Positions 9,545 through 18,518 of a stretch of 64,000 nt of DNA are shown here, in pieces. The stretch is from an uncultured Oscillospiraceae bacterium (lineage in GTDB: Bacteria; Bacillota; Clostridia; Oscillospirales; Oscillospiraceae). A program made the position numbers and the translations under genes. The notes under the pieces are model-generated. The model was not told the DNA's origin, searched no databases, and was given only the letters and a program-made list of their open reading frames with translations. Within the stretch, counting starts at the first letter, position 1, and each line of letters opens with the position of its first letter. The stretch spans positions 15,912-79,911 of the forward strand of contig CAZTXG010000002.1 of the NCBI GenBank assembly GCA_964617335.1, given 5' to 3'.

Positions 9545-10678
9545 ATGGACTACGGGAAACTATTTGAATCGGATATTTCCAGCGAAGCTGTCAAAAAGTG
9601 GCGGCAGCAGGGGAAAAAGGCCCTTGGAATAATCTGCTGTCATGTGCCGGAGGAAATCTTCCATGCGGCGGGCATTTTGCCTGTTCGCATGAGGGCTACG
9701 GGATGCGTGGATGCCAGCGAGGCTGAAATGTGGATGTCAAGCTTTAGCTGCAGCTTTGCTAAAAGTGTTCTTCAGTATTGGCTCGAGGGCAGATATGAGC
9801 TGGACGGCATTGTGGCTTCTGACGGCTGCATTATGGCCTCGCGCATTTACGACAATGCCGAGTATATTAACCGCACCCGAAACAAAGGGCAAACTATAAT
9901 ACAGATTGCAGCGCCGAGAAAGCACACAGAAAGAACGGTTCCCTTTTATGTGAGCGAGCTTCGTGACCTTATAGAGGCTCTGGAAAATCTGACGGGAGAA
10001 AAGATTACGGAGGAAAAGCTCAGAGCTTCTGTTGAGGTTTATAATGAAGCCAGAGAGCTTATAAAAGAGCTTTATGAGCTGCGAAAAGAAAAAAACCCCG
10101 TAATAAGCGGAGTCGAAGCCCTTCAAATAACTCTGTCTAAAACAAATATGCCCATAGAGGAGTACATAGAACTGCTCAAGGCATTTTTGGCAGACGCAAA
10201 AAACCGCAAGCCTATAGATTCATGGCGGGCCCGCCTTATGATAATCGGCTCTGCTCTGGATGATCCCGAATATCTGCGGGTTATTGAAGATAAGGGAGGG
10301 CTTATAGTCACCGACACCCTCTGCTTTGGCCAAATGCAATTCCGTGACCCAATGGAGCAAAAAGATGATGAAGACATACTCACAACAATTGCCGATTACT
10401 ATCTAAGGCGTGTTGTCTGCCCGAGGATGATGGACGTACATGAGGAGCTTCACGATTTCATAATAAACTCCGTAAAGGAGTTTTCTTGTGACGGTGTGAT
10501 TTATCAAAGGATGCAAAACTGCGAGTGCTGGGGCGGAGAAAACATCCTTCTGGAGAAAAAGCTGAAAGATGCCGGCATACCTCAGATAACGGTTGAACGT
10601 GAACAGCAAATGGCAAATGCCGCCCAGCTTGCGGTGCGGGCCGAAGCATTTATAGAAATGGTGGAAAAGGAGGAATAA
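9545..10678 (+). CDS. BCR / 2-hydroxyacyl-CoA-dehydratase family, small catalytic subunit (BzdN/BcrC/HgdB-like), module 1
   Basis: 377 aa. Cys motifs CCHVP, FSCSF, DGC, CFG, CPR and CECWGGE are shared with the paralogs at 12350 and 17381. AGGAGG RBS. Confidence 0.85.
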   Translation: MDYGKLFESDISSEAVKKWRQQGKKALGIICCHVPEEIFHAAGILPVRMRATGCVDASEAEMWMSSFSCSFAKSVLQYWLEGRYELDGIVASDGCIMASRIYDNAEYINRTRNKGQTIIQIAAPRKHTERTVPFYVSELRDLIEALENLTGEKITEEKLRASVEVYNEARELIKELYELRKEKNPVISGVEALQITLSKTNMPIEEYIELLKAFLADAKNRKPIDSWRARLMIIGSALDDPEYLRVIEDKGGLIVTDTLCFGQMQFRDPMEQKDDEDILTTIADYYLRRVVCPRMMDVHEELHDFIINSVKEFSCDGVIYQRMQNCECWGGENILLEKKLKDAGIPQITVEREQQMANAAQLAVRAEAFIEMVEKEE

Positions 10679-10680
10679 TC

Positions 10681-11973
10681 ATGTCGGAAGTAAAAGATTT
10701 GGAACAGATGGTGTTAGACGGGGAAATGACCATAACGGAATTTGCCTGTGCTAAAGTTGACGGGTCTCTGGAGCGCATGAGGGAAAAACATCCCGAGATG
10801 CTCTGGACAATGGAAATACAAAAATTCATGTGGGACAGCTATAGGGATGTAAAGAAAAACGGTCAAAAGCTTTGCTTTTACGGCGGCTCTGTGCCAACGG
10901 AGATTATAGCCGCCTTTGACTGCCTTGGCTTTTATATGGACACCATACCCTTTCGTCTTTCCACAAACCCGAACCTCACATCTAAATACATAGACGAGGC
11001 GGAAAAATACGTAAGCGCCTCCATGTGCGGCCTTGACAAGGTGGAGCTGGGGGCCTGGCTCTCCGGCGCATACGGCATGGAGCCTGACCTTTTTGTTTAT
11101 AACTCCGTACCCTGCGACAGCTCCAGAGTCGCCTATCCGGCAATGGAGAAAATAATCGGAGTTCCAAGCTTTTCCTTTGACCACCCCTTCCGTCGGGACG
11201 AGCGGGGAGCCGAGTATCTTGCAGACCAGCTGGAAGATTTTATAGAGTTTATGGAAGAACAAACCGGCAAGAAGCTGGATTGGGATAAGCTTAAATATTA
11301 TATGCAAAACGCCAACCGCAACTTTGAGCTTCAGAAAAAATGTGCCGACCTGCGCAAACATAAGCCCTGCCCCCTGCCCGGAAGACTTTTGGTTTTAAAC
11401 GGCACCACAAACGCCGTTGCCTGCTATCCCGAAATGGGCGACCTTTACGAGGGAGAGCTTGAAGCCGGTCAGATGATGATAGACTTAGGGCTAGGTGCCT
11501 GCCCTGATGAAAAATACCGTGTGGGTATGCTGCAAAACATGATTTGGGGCCACGCTAAAATAATGGATTGGATGGAAAGAACCTACAATGCCGTTGCCGT
11601 TATGGACGCCTTTGGTTTTCAGGGAGATATTTATTACGAGCACCTTGATGACAGGCGTGACTGCCTAAAGACCATGGGAAGAAAAATGCAAAACAACCCC
11701 ATGATTCACGGAGCCTCGGGGCCTTCCCGCCATCACTTAGAGCTTGTTGAAAAAATATTTGACGAGTATGACCCCAACGTATCTATGTTCCTGGGTCATG
11801 TGGGCTGCAAACACACCTGGGCCTCATCTAAAATCATAACAGATATGATTCAGGATAAATACGGACTGCCCACCCTTTTTGTTGACCTTGACGCCATCGA
11901 CGGAAGATATAAATCCGGCGATGAAATTAAAGATCAGATATCCGAATACTTTGAAACAGTGGTTATGAAGTAA
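10681..11973 (+). CDS. BCR / 2-hydroxyacyl-CoA-dehydratase family, large catalytic subunit (BzdO/BcrB/HgdA-like), module 1
   Basis: 430 aa, starting 2 nt after the previous stop. Motifs MCGLDK, VPCDSSR, KPCPLPG and GHVGCKHTW are shared with the paralogs at 13489 and 18519. Confidence 0.85.
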   Translation: MSEVKDLEQMVLDGEMTITEFACAKVDGSLERMREKHPEMLWTMEIQKFMWDSYRDVKKNGQKLCFYGGSVPTEIIAAFDCLGFYMDTIPFRLSTNPNLTSKYIDEAEKYVSASMCGLDKVELGAWLSGAYGMEPDLFVYNSVPCDSSRVAYPAMEKIIGVPSFSFDHPFRRDERGAEYLADQLEDFIEFMEEQTGKKLDWDKLKYYMQNANRNFELQKKCADLRKHKPCPLPGRLLVLNGTTNAVACYPEMGDLYEGELEAGQMMIDLGLGACPDEKYRVGMLQNMIWGHAKIMDWMERTYNAVAVMDAFGFQGDIYYEHLDDRRDCLKTMGRKMQNNPMIHGASGPSRHHLELVEKIFDEYDPNVSMFLGHVGCKHTWASSKIITDMIQDKYGLPTLFVDLDAIDGRYKSGDEIKDQISEYFETVVMK

Positions 11974-12017
11974 AAAACAACTCATAACTAAATAGATATC
12001 AACTTATACTTATTTGG

Positions 12018-12049
12018 GGTCAAAAGTACGGATAAACCTATTTTTGACC
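12018..12049 (+). terminator. stem-loop after module 1 (possible weak terminator)
   Basis: GGTCAAAA (12018-12025) pairs with TTTTGACC (12042-12049) across a 16-nt loop. No clean U-tract. Confidence 0.3.
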
Positions 12050-12151
12050 TCAATTTCCAAATCTTTTTACCTATCAAGTTTGTGGTCTGTTGTTCTATTA
12101 TACAATTGCCGTCGTGAAATATGGTTGAATTGCGCAAAATTTAATCGAGAA

Positions 12152-12180
12152 TTGACAATCATCTTTTCTGACTGTAAAAT
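12152..12180 (+). promoter_or_regulatory. sigma-70-type promoter for module 2
   Basis: TTGACA (12152-12157), 17-nt spacer, TAAAAT (12175-12180). Leaves a ~165-nt leader before the ATG at 12350. Confidence 0.6.
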
Positions 12181-12349
12181 GTATCTTGTGTGACTTGGGT
12201 CTATGCGGGCAACAGTCACTCAGCGCGGCTCACTCCCACTTAATTTCGCGCTATTAGTTAAAATTTTACTTATGACAGCGTGACCCTTTAGGGTGTCGGC
12301 GTGTCATAGGATGAAATTATTGCCCCAAGAACAATAAAGGAGGAGACAC

Positions 12350-13468
12350 ATGGATTACCAGAAATTATTCGAAAAAGACATTAACCAGGAGTCGGTTAAA
12401 GCTTGGAGAGCACAGGGGAAAAAGGCCATAGGCTATATTTGCTGTCATGTTCCTATTGAAATTTTGCAGGCACTTGACATTCTGCCCGTTCGCATCAGAG
12501 CAACAGGCGTAACCGAAACCCCCGAGGCAGACACATGGATGTCCACATTCAGCTGCAGCTTTGCTAGAGGTATGCTTCAGCGCTGGATGGACGGCACCTA
12601 TGAGCTTGACGGACTTATCACCAGTGACGGCTGCATGATGTCATCCCGCACCTATGATAACGCAGAGTATCAGGGCAAGGGAGACGGCAGGTTCTATATG
12701 CAGATCGGCGCACCCCGTATGTATAAGGGCGAGCTTGAAAAGAGCTATTACCGTGAAGAGATTGCCGACCTTATAAAGGGTCTTGAGGAGTTTTCCGGCA
12801 ACAAGCTTACAGATGAAAATCTTAAGGCTGCCATAGAGAAGGAAAATAAGGCCCGCGGCCTTATCCGCCAGGTTTTCGAGCTTAGAAAAGCCGAGCATCC
12901 CGTAATAAGCGGCGAGGACGCCCTGCAGATTGCTCTTGCTCACTGCGATTATCCCGTAGATGAGTACATAGCAATGCTTGAGGCATTTTTGGCAGACGCC
13001 AAAAACCGCGCTCCCATCACCGACAGCCGCGCACGTCTCATGCTTATCGGTTCTGCTCTTGATAACGCCGGATACATTAAGGTTATCGAAGAAAAGGGCG
13101 GACTCGTAGTTGCAGACGCAACCTGCTTCGGCAGCAGACCTTTTGCCGCCGATGTTGAAATCAAAGACAATCTTATTGACAGTCTTTCCGAGTTCTATCT
13201 CAACCGTATACTTTGCCCCCGTATGCTTGACAACCGCGTTAAGCTTCAGAAGATGATAGTTGACACCTGTAAGGAATATAACGTACAGGGCGTCATATAC
13301 GAAAAGATGCAGTATTGCGAGTGCTGGGGCGGCGAAAGTCTCTATCTCGAGCCTGACCTTAAGGACATCGGTGTTCCTATGCTTCAGCTTGAGCGTGAAG
13401 AGCATCTTGCAAACGCCGGCCAGCTTGCAATCCGTGCAGAGGCCTTTATCGAAATGATAGAGAACTAA
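12350..13468 (+). CDS. BCR / 2-hydroxyacyl-CoA-dehydratase family, small catalytic subunit, module 2
   Basis: 372 aa paralog of 9545 and 17381 with the same conserved Cys set. AGGAGG RBS. Confidence 0.85.
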   Translation: MDYQKLFEKDINQESVKAWRAQGKKAIGYICCHVPIEILQALDILPVRIRATGVTETPEADTWMSTFSCSFARGMLQRWMDGTYELDGLITSDGCMMSSRTYDNAEYQGKGDGRFYMQIGAPRMYKGELEKSYYREEIADLIKGLEEFSGNKLTDENLKAAIEKENKARGLIRQVFELRKAEHPVISGEDALQIALAHCDYPVDEYIAMLEAFLADAKNRAPITDSRARLMLIGSALDNAGYIKVIEEKGGLVVADATCFGSRPFAADVEIKDNLIDSLSEFYLNRILCPRMLDNRVKLQKMIVDTCKEYNVQGVIYEKMQYCECWGGESLYLEPDLKDIGVPMLQLEREEHLANAGQLAIRAEAFIEMIEN

Positions 13469-13488
13469 GAAAAGGAGGATATAACAAA

Positions 13489-14796
13489 ATGAGTGAAAAA
13501 AAAGTTAGAGATACTAGATTAGAAGACGCGGTAATGCGCGGCGAGCTTTCTGTTTTCGATTTCTGCTGCCAGAAGATTGAAGGACAGATTGAGCGTATGA
13601 AGGAAAGAAACCCCGACCTCCTTTGGACTCTTGACATTCAGTCTGTCATGTGGCACAACTACCGTGACGCTCAGAAGTCCGGTAAGAAGCTTGTCTTCTT
13701 CGGCGGTCCGGTTCCCGTGGATATCATAGTCGCTTTTGACTGTATCCCCGTATACCTTGACACAATTCCCATCCGTCTTTCCCCCAACCCCGTCCTGACA
13801 GGTAAGTTCATCGACTCTGCCGAAAGATATGTTCCCCAGACCACCTGCGGTCTGTGCAAAACCTATCTCGGAACCGCCCTTGAGGACCAGTACGGCTCCA
13901 AGCCCGACGCTTTCGTCTATTCCGCAGTTCCCTGCGACTCCTCCCGTGTTGTTTATCCCAACATGGAAAGATTGTTCGACGTTCCCACCTTCGCTTTTGA
14001 CTATCCCTACCGCCGTGACGCCCGTGGCCACGAATATCTCGTCGCTCAGACCGAGAAGTTCGTTGAGTTCATGGAAGAGCTGACAGGCACAAAGCTTGAC
14101 TGGGAAAAGCTTAAAGTCGCAATGGGCCACTCCAACAACACCTATGAGCTTCAGGGTAAGTGCGCCGACCTGCGTAAGCGTAAGCCCTGCCCCCTGCCCG
14201 GACGTATGCTGGTTCTCAACGGAACCTCCAACGCCATGGCCTGCTTCCCCGAGATGGCAGAGCTTCTCCAGAAGGAGCTTGAAGTCGGCGAAATGCTCTA
14301 TGAGCTTGGCATGGGCCCCTGCCCCAATGGTGAAAAGCACCGTGCGGCCCTTCTCCAGAATATGCTTTGGTCCAGCTCCGGCGTTATGGACTGGCTTGAA
14401 AAAGAATATGATACCGTTGCTGTTATGGACGCCTTCGGCTTCCAGCACGGTGACCTGTATCAGGATCTTGACGATAGGCATCACTGCTTCACCGTCATGG
14501 CAAAGAAGATGCAGAACAACCCCATGATTCACGGTGCCGCAGGCCCCTCCGAGAACTTTGTATACCTCGTAGACAAGATTTTCGAAGAGTACGACCCAGA
14601 CGTATCCATGTTTGTCGGACATATCGGCTGCAAGCACACTTGGGCTTCCGCAAAGATGGTTACCGACATGATTCAGGATAAGTACGGCATTCCCTCTCTG
14701 TATCTCGACGTTGACGGCATCGACGGCCGTTATAAGTCCCCCGACGAGATTAAGGGTCAAATCGCTGAATATATGGACACTGTTGTCAATAAGTAA
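13489..14796 (+). CDS. BCR / 2-hydroxyacyl-CoA-dehydratase family, large catalytic subunit, module 2
   Basis: 435 aa paralog of 10681 and 18519 (TCGLCK, VPCDSSR, KPCPLPG, GHIGCKHTW). AAGGAGG RBS. Confidence 0.85.
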   Translation: MSEKKVRDTRLEDAVMRGELSVFDFCCQKIEGQIERMKERNPDLLWTLDIQSVMWHNYRDAQKSGKKLVFFGGPVPVDIIVAFDCIPVYLDTIPIRLSPNPVLTGKFIDSAERYVPQTTCGLCKTYLGTALEDQYGSKPDAFVYSAVPCDSSRVVYPNMERLFDVPTFAFDYPYRRDARGHEYLVAQTEKFVEFMEELTGTKLDWEKLKVAMGHSNNTYELQGKCADLRKRKPCPLPGRMLVLNGTSNAMACFPEMAELLQKELEVGEMLYELGMGPCPNGEKHRAALLQNMLWSSSGVMDWLEKEYDTVAVMDAFGFQHGDLYQDLDDRHHCFTVMAKKMQNNPMIHGAAGPSENFVYLVDKIFEEYDPDVSMFVGHIGCKHTWASAKMVTDMIQDKYGIPSLYLDVDGIDGRYKSPDEIKGQIAEYMDTVVNK

Positions 14797-14821
14797 GCGA
14801 GGAAAACTACAAAGCCATAAA

Positions 14822-14857
14822 GGGACGGAGGCGCAAAGGCGCTTCCGTTCTTTTTTG
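14822..14857 (+). terminator. rho-independent terminator after module 2
   Basis: GGACGGAGGCGC pairs with GCGCTTCCGTTC (G-U wobbles), followed by TTTTTT (14851-14856). Confidence 0.7.
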
Positions 14858-14957
14858 GGAACTGAAAAATGAAAACCGGCATTGCAAAAATAAGCCTATA
14901 TTTAAGCATATAAAAAGAGCGGGCAATAGTGTATCTCGCATAAAGTGTGGACGTGTC

Positions 14958-15082
14958 TTGACATGGAATTGACACAGTTTTGAAGCGTTATTGACTGTGT
15001 TAGGCAGGATACAACTATTGCGCCTTGACCTTAATTAAAAATTTGATTAAGTCGATATTGCGGAAACGTCTCTTGTCGACAA
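14958..15082 (+). promoter_or_regulatory. candidate upstream activator region (phased TTGAC repeats plus a palindrome)
   Basis: TTGACA at 14958 and 14969, TTGACT at 14991 and TTGACC at 15025, with spacings of 11, 22 and 34 bp. Inverted repeat ACACAGT (14972-14978) / ACTGTGT (14994-15000). Perfect 10-bp palindrome TTGTCGACAA at 15073-15082. All lie 70-190 bp upstream of the -24 element. Confidence 0.35.
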
Positions 15083-15148
15083 AATGTTCCACAAAAATCA
15101 TATACCTAATTTAGCAAGAAGCAACCAAAAAAATAAGAACGAGTAAGT

Positions 15149-15164
15149 TGGCACAAGCTTTGCT
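15149..15164 (+). promoter_or_regulatory. sigma-54 (-24/-12) promoter
   Basis: TGGCAC (15149-15154), 5 nt (aagct), then TTGCT (15160-15164). This is an exact match to TGGCAC-N5-TTGCW spacing. It lies ~80 nt upstream of the ATG at 15246. Confidence 0.75.
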
Positions 15165-15245
15165 CTTTATAATAATAGACCCTAATGTCGTCCCTATACA
15201 AATAGACGGTAAAGGACGGCGTAGCATATAAAGGAGGAAGAAGTA

Positions 15246-16016
15246 ATGATAACCGTTGGAATCGATTGCGGCAGCCAGAACACCAAGGGTGCTGTCCTGA
15301 AGGATGGTAAGGTTGTTGCAAAGACCATAGCTCCCACTGCGTTTGACGCGGATATTGCGGCTGAGAACGTATTAAAGGAACTTTTGGAATCAGCAGGAAT
15401 AAGCAGAGAAGAAGTTGACAGCATTGTTATCACCGGCATAGGACGTGAGTTAGTCAAATGGGGCGACAAGGAAGTCAACGAGGTTGGCGCGGCCGTTCGC
15501 GGGGCGAGATTTGCCCTGCCCGATACGGAAACTGTCATTGACATGGGAGCAGACAGCTGCCGTGTAATCCGTCTCAACCCGGACGGAACAGTTATGAAGT
15601 ACGAGGCAAACGACAAGTGCGCCTCTGGAGCAGGCACCTTTATAGAGGCCATGGCTCGGGCGCTTCAAATAACCACAGAGGAAATGGGCGACTTTTCCCT
15701 GCGCCACACCAAGGATTTAGCAACCAACGCCCAGTGTGTTGTTTTTGCAGAGTCCGAGGTCATTTCCCTCATCCACGCCAAAGAAACCCGAGAGGACATA
15801 GCTTTCGGCGTACATATGGGAATATCGAACCGCATAGCGTCTATGATCCGCAGGGTGGGCCTGACAGACAAATACACCATGATAGGCGGCCCCGCTTATA
15901 ACAAGGGTCTTGTCCGCTGTATGTCCGATGTTTTTGAAAGAGAAATCAGAGTACCCGAGGATAACCAGCTTCTCAGCGCTATAGGCGCTGCGATCTTCGG
16001 CACGGAGAATAAGTAA
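15246..16016 (+). CDS. BadF/BadG/BcrA/BcrD-family ATPase (BzdP/BcrD/HgdC-like), divergent copy
   Basis: 256 aa. N-terminal actin-fold phosphate-1 motif MITVGIDCGSQNTKG. Bridging-cluster Cys candidates are NDKCASGAG and NAQCVVFAESE. The phosphate-2 motif is degenerate (DMGADSCRV). Confidence 0.85.
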   Translation: MITVGIDCGSQNTKGAVLKDGKVVAKTIAPTAFDADIAAENVLKELLESAGISREEVDSIVITGIGRELVKWGDKEVNEVGAAVRGARFALPDTETVIDMGADSCRVIRLNPDGTVMKYEANDKCASGAGTFIEAMARALQITTEEMGDFSLRHTKDLATNAQCVVFAESEVISLIHAKETREDIAFGVHMGISNRIASMIRRVGLTDKYTMIGGPAYNKGLVRCMSDVFEREIRVPEDNQLLSAIGAAIFGTENK

Positions 16017-16032
16017 ACGGAGGTAAGAAACC

Positions 16033-16932
16033 ATGGCTGAAATAGAAAAAGTAGAATATTGGAGATGGAAGGAATCCAACTGGAAAAACCCTGACATCCC
16101 TGACTGGCACGGAAGCCTTATAACCGCCGGTGTAGATATCGGCTCTACCAGTACCCAGGCTGTTATCATGGCCGACGGCATACCCTATGCATATTCCAAC
16201 ATGAGAACCGGCTCTAACAGCCCCGATTCCGCAATCGACGCGATTAACTGGGCAATGAAGGACACCGGATTGACACTTGAGGATATAACCTATACAATAG
16301 GTACGGGATACGGACGTGTAAACGTACCCTTTTCCAACAAAACCGTAACAGAAATAACCTGCCACTCAAAAGGCGCAAACTTTATTTACGGACCTACCAC
16401 CCGCACGATTCTCGATATGGGCGGACAGGACTGTAAAGCCATACACTGCGATGAAAACGGCGCTGTTACATCTTTTATGATGAACGACAAGTGCGCTGCC
16501 GGTACAGGCCGCGGCATGGAAGTTATTGCAAACCTTCTTGCTGTCCGTGTTGAGGATATCGGCAGGATGTCCTTTGAAATCGATGAAGAGCCGCCCCCGG
16601 TTTCCTCCACCTGTGTTATTTTCGCAAAAAGTGAAGCTACAAAGCTTATGCGTGCAGGCTGGACAAAGGAAAAGGTTCTGGCGGCATATTGTCATGCTAT
16701 GGCACTGCGTGTTGTGCGCCTTCTCGAGCGTAACGGCATGGAGCTTGACTTCGCCATCACAGGCGGTATTGCCAAGAATATAGGCGTTGTAAAACGCATA
16801 GAACGACTAATGGGAGTTACCGCTCTTGAACCTAAATGGGACACCCAGATTGCCGGCGCAGCCGGTGCTGCTCTTATTGCCAAGGACCTTGTTGAGAGAA
16901 AAAGAGCCAGAGAGGCAGTTGCAGCAAAATAA
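16033..16932 (+). CDS. BadF/BadG/BcrA/BcrD-family ATPase (BzdQ/BcrA/HgdC-like) with a Trp-rich N-terminal extension
   Basis: 299 aa. Motifs GVDIGSTSTQ, DMGGQDCKAI, NDKCAAGTGRG and SSTCVIFAKSE. Carries a ~35-aa N-terminal extension (EYWRWKESNWKNPDIPDW). Confidence 0.85.
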   Translation: MAEIEKVEYWRWKESNWKNPDIPDWHGSLITAGVDIGSTSTQAVIMADGIPYAYSNMRTGSNSPDSAIDAINWAMKDTGLTLEDITYTIGTGYGRVNVPFSNKTVTEITCHSKGANFIYGPTTRTILDMGGQDCKAIHCDENGAVTSFMMNDKCAAGTGRGMEVIANLLAVRVEDIGRMSFEIDEEPPPVSSTCVIFAKSEATKLMRAGWTKEKVLAAYCHAMALRVVRLLERNGMELDFAITGGIAKNIGVVKRIERLMGVTALEPKWDTQIAGAAGAALIAKDLVERKRAREAVAAK

Positions 16933-16995
16933 GGGACAAAGCTTATACACAGAACCTTGAGAACTAAAAGTGCAAGATGGAAGGAGGCGAAAGCC

Positions 16996-17271
16996 GTGAT
17001 AGCAAACTATGGCTATGAGGACGGTTCCGGTCACTATTACATCAAGATAGACACCGCCAAATGTGCCGAGTGTTCTGACAAGCCTTGTATAAAGGCGTGT
17101 CCGGAGCAGCTTTACGTTACAGAACTGGATGATTTTGACGACGAAGTTATAATCATACGGGAAGATGCCCGCAACACCTTGCAAACAAACTGCGCTAACT
17201 GCAAAGCCGACCAAAAAACGGAGCTTTGCAGACAAGTCTGTCCCTCGGACGCTATTGGATTCTCATGGTGA
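16996..17271 (+). CDS. 2x[4Fe-4S] ferredoxin (BzdM-position; extended Cys spacing)
   Basis: In-frame GTG at 16996, 8 nt after AGGAGG (16982-16987); the ORF track starts at 16957. Motifs are CAECSDKPCIKACP (Cx2Cx4Cx3CP) and CANCKADQKTELCRQVCP (Cx2Cx8Cx3CP). Confidence 0.8.
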   Translation: MIANYGYEDGSGHYYIKIDTAKCAECSDKPCIKACPEQLYVTELDDFDDEVIIIREDARNTLQTNCANCKADQKTELCRQVCPSDAIGFSW

Positions 17272-17380
17272 GAAGCGCCACATCAAATTTTAACTTTCGG
17301 ATGCCCCGGCACCCTGGGCCAAGCCGGGATATCCGAGAGCTTTAAAATTACCTTTTCCAATAACATAAAGGAGGAAACAC

Positions 17381-18502
17381 ATGAGTTACCAGAAATTATT
17401 CGAGACCAAAATTTCAGGCGAAGCCGCAAAAGCTTGGCAGGCACAAGGCAAGAAAGCCATAGGTTATGTATGCTGTCATGTTCCTGAAGAAATCTTCTAT
17501 GCGGCGGACGTTCTCCCCATCCGCCTTCGGGCAACGGACTGCGTTGACAGCAGCGAGGCGGAGGCATGGATGTCCAGCTTCAGCTGCAGCTTCGCACGCT
17601 CGATTCTCCAGTATCTTATCGACGGCACCTATAAGCTTGACGGTCTTGTACAGACTGACGGCTGCATGATGCCCGCCCGCATTATGGACAACTGGGAGCA
17701 TATTTCCGAGAAGGAAGGAAAAAACCAGTTTACCCATTTTATAGGCGCTCCCCGCATAACAAACGATATTTCTATCGGATTCTACAAGTCTGAGCTTCAG
17801 GAGCTGGTTGATGCCGTTTCTAAATTCTCCGGAGTTGAGATTACAGACGAGGCTCTTAAGGCAGCTATTGTCAAGACCAACGAAATGCGCGCCCTTATAG
17901 ACCAGGTTTATGAGCTGCGCCGTGCGGAAAATCCCGTTGTTTCCGGTGCCGAAGTTCTCTCCATCACCCTCGCCGAGTGCGACCATCACATTGACGACTA
18001 TATCCAGATGCTCAAGGATTTCCTCGCAGACGCGAAAAACCGCAAGCCCATCGAGGCTCGCGCACGTCTTATGATTATTGGCTCCGCTCTTGACAACCCC
18101 GAATACATAAAGGTTATCGAGGAAAAGGGCGGCCTTATAGTTGCAGACGACCTCTGCTTCGGCAGACGTGCTTTCGGCCCCCAGCTTGAAGTTGATGACA
18201 GTGATGTTCTCGGCTCCATTGCAAAGTACTATCTTGAGCGCAACGTATGTCCCCGCAGTCTGGACAACCGTCCTACTATGCATAAGGAAATCGCCGACAT
18301 CGCTAAAGAATACAATGTTCAGGGCGTTGTTTACCAGAAGATGCAAAACTGCGAATGCTGGGGCGGAGAAGCTTATTATCTGGAGCCTGACCTTAAGGAC
18401 ATCGGCATTCCCATGCTTCAGCTTGAGCGTGAGGAGCAGATGGCAAACGCAGGTCAGCTCGCGGTTCGTGCCGAAGCTTTCATCGAAATGTTAGAGAAGT
18501 AA
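17381..18502 (+). CDS. BCR / 2-hydroxyacyl-CoA-dehydratase family, small catalytic subunit, module 3
   Basis: 373 aa paralog of 9545 and 12350 with the same Cys set. AGGAGG RBS. Confidence 0.85.
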   Translation: MSYQKLFETKISGEAAKAWQAQGKKAIGYVCCHVPEEIFYAADVLPIRLRATDCVDSSEAEAWMSSFSCSFARSILQYLIDGTYKLDGLVQTDGCMMPARIMDNWEHISEKEGKNQFTHFIGAPRITNDISIGFYKSELQELVDAVSKFSGVEITDEALKAAIVKTNEMRALIDQVYELRRAENPVVSGAEVLSITLAECDHHIDDYIQMLKDFLADAKNRKPIEARARLMIIGSALDNPEYIKVIEEKGGLIVADDLCFGRRAFGPQLEVDDSDVLGSIAKYYLERNVCPRSLDNRPTMHKEIADIAKEYNVQGVVYQKMQNCECWGGEAYYLEPDLKDIGIPMLQLEREEQMANAGQLAVRAEAFIEMLEK

Positions 18503-18518
18503 GAAGGAGGAATAAATA

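Noticed and set aside
13519-14760. 413-aa minus-strand ORF antisense to the module 2 large subunit. Similar cases are 12641-13405 (254 aa), 17414-18346 (310 aa) and 10714-11361 (215 aa).
   Set aside because: Each lies entirely inside a plus-strand gene that has strong family motifs and paralog support. The translations are low-complexity (G/V/A/L-rich) with no RBS. They are best explained by codon bias of the sense genes removing antisense stops.
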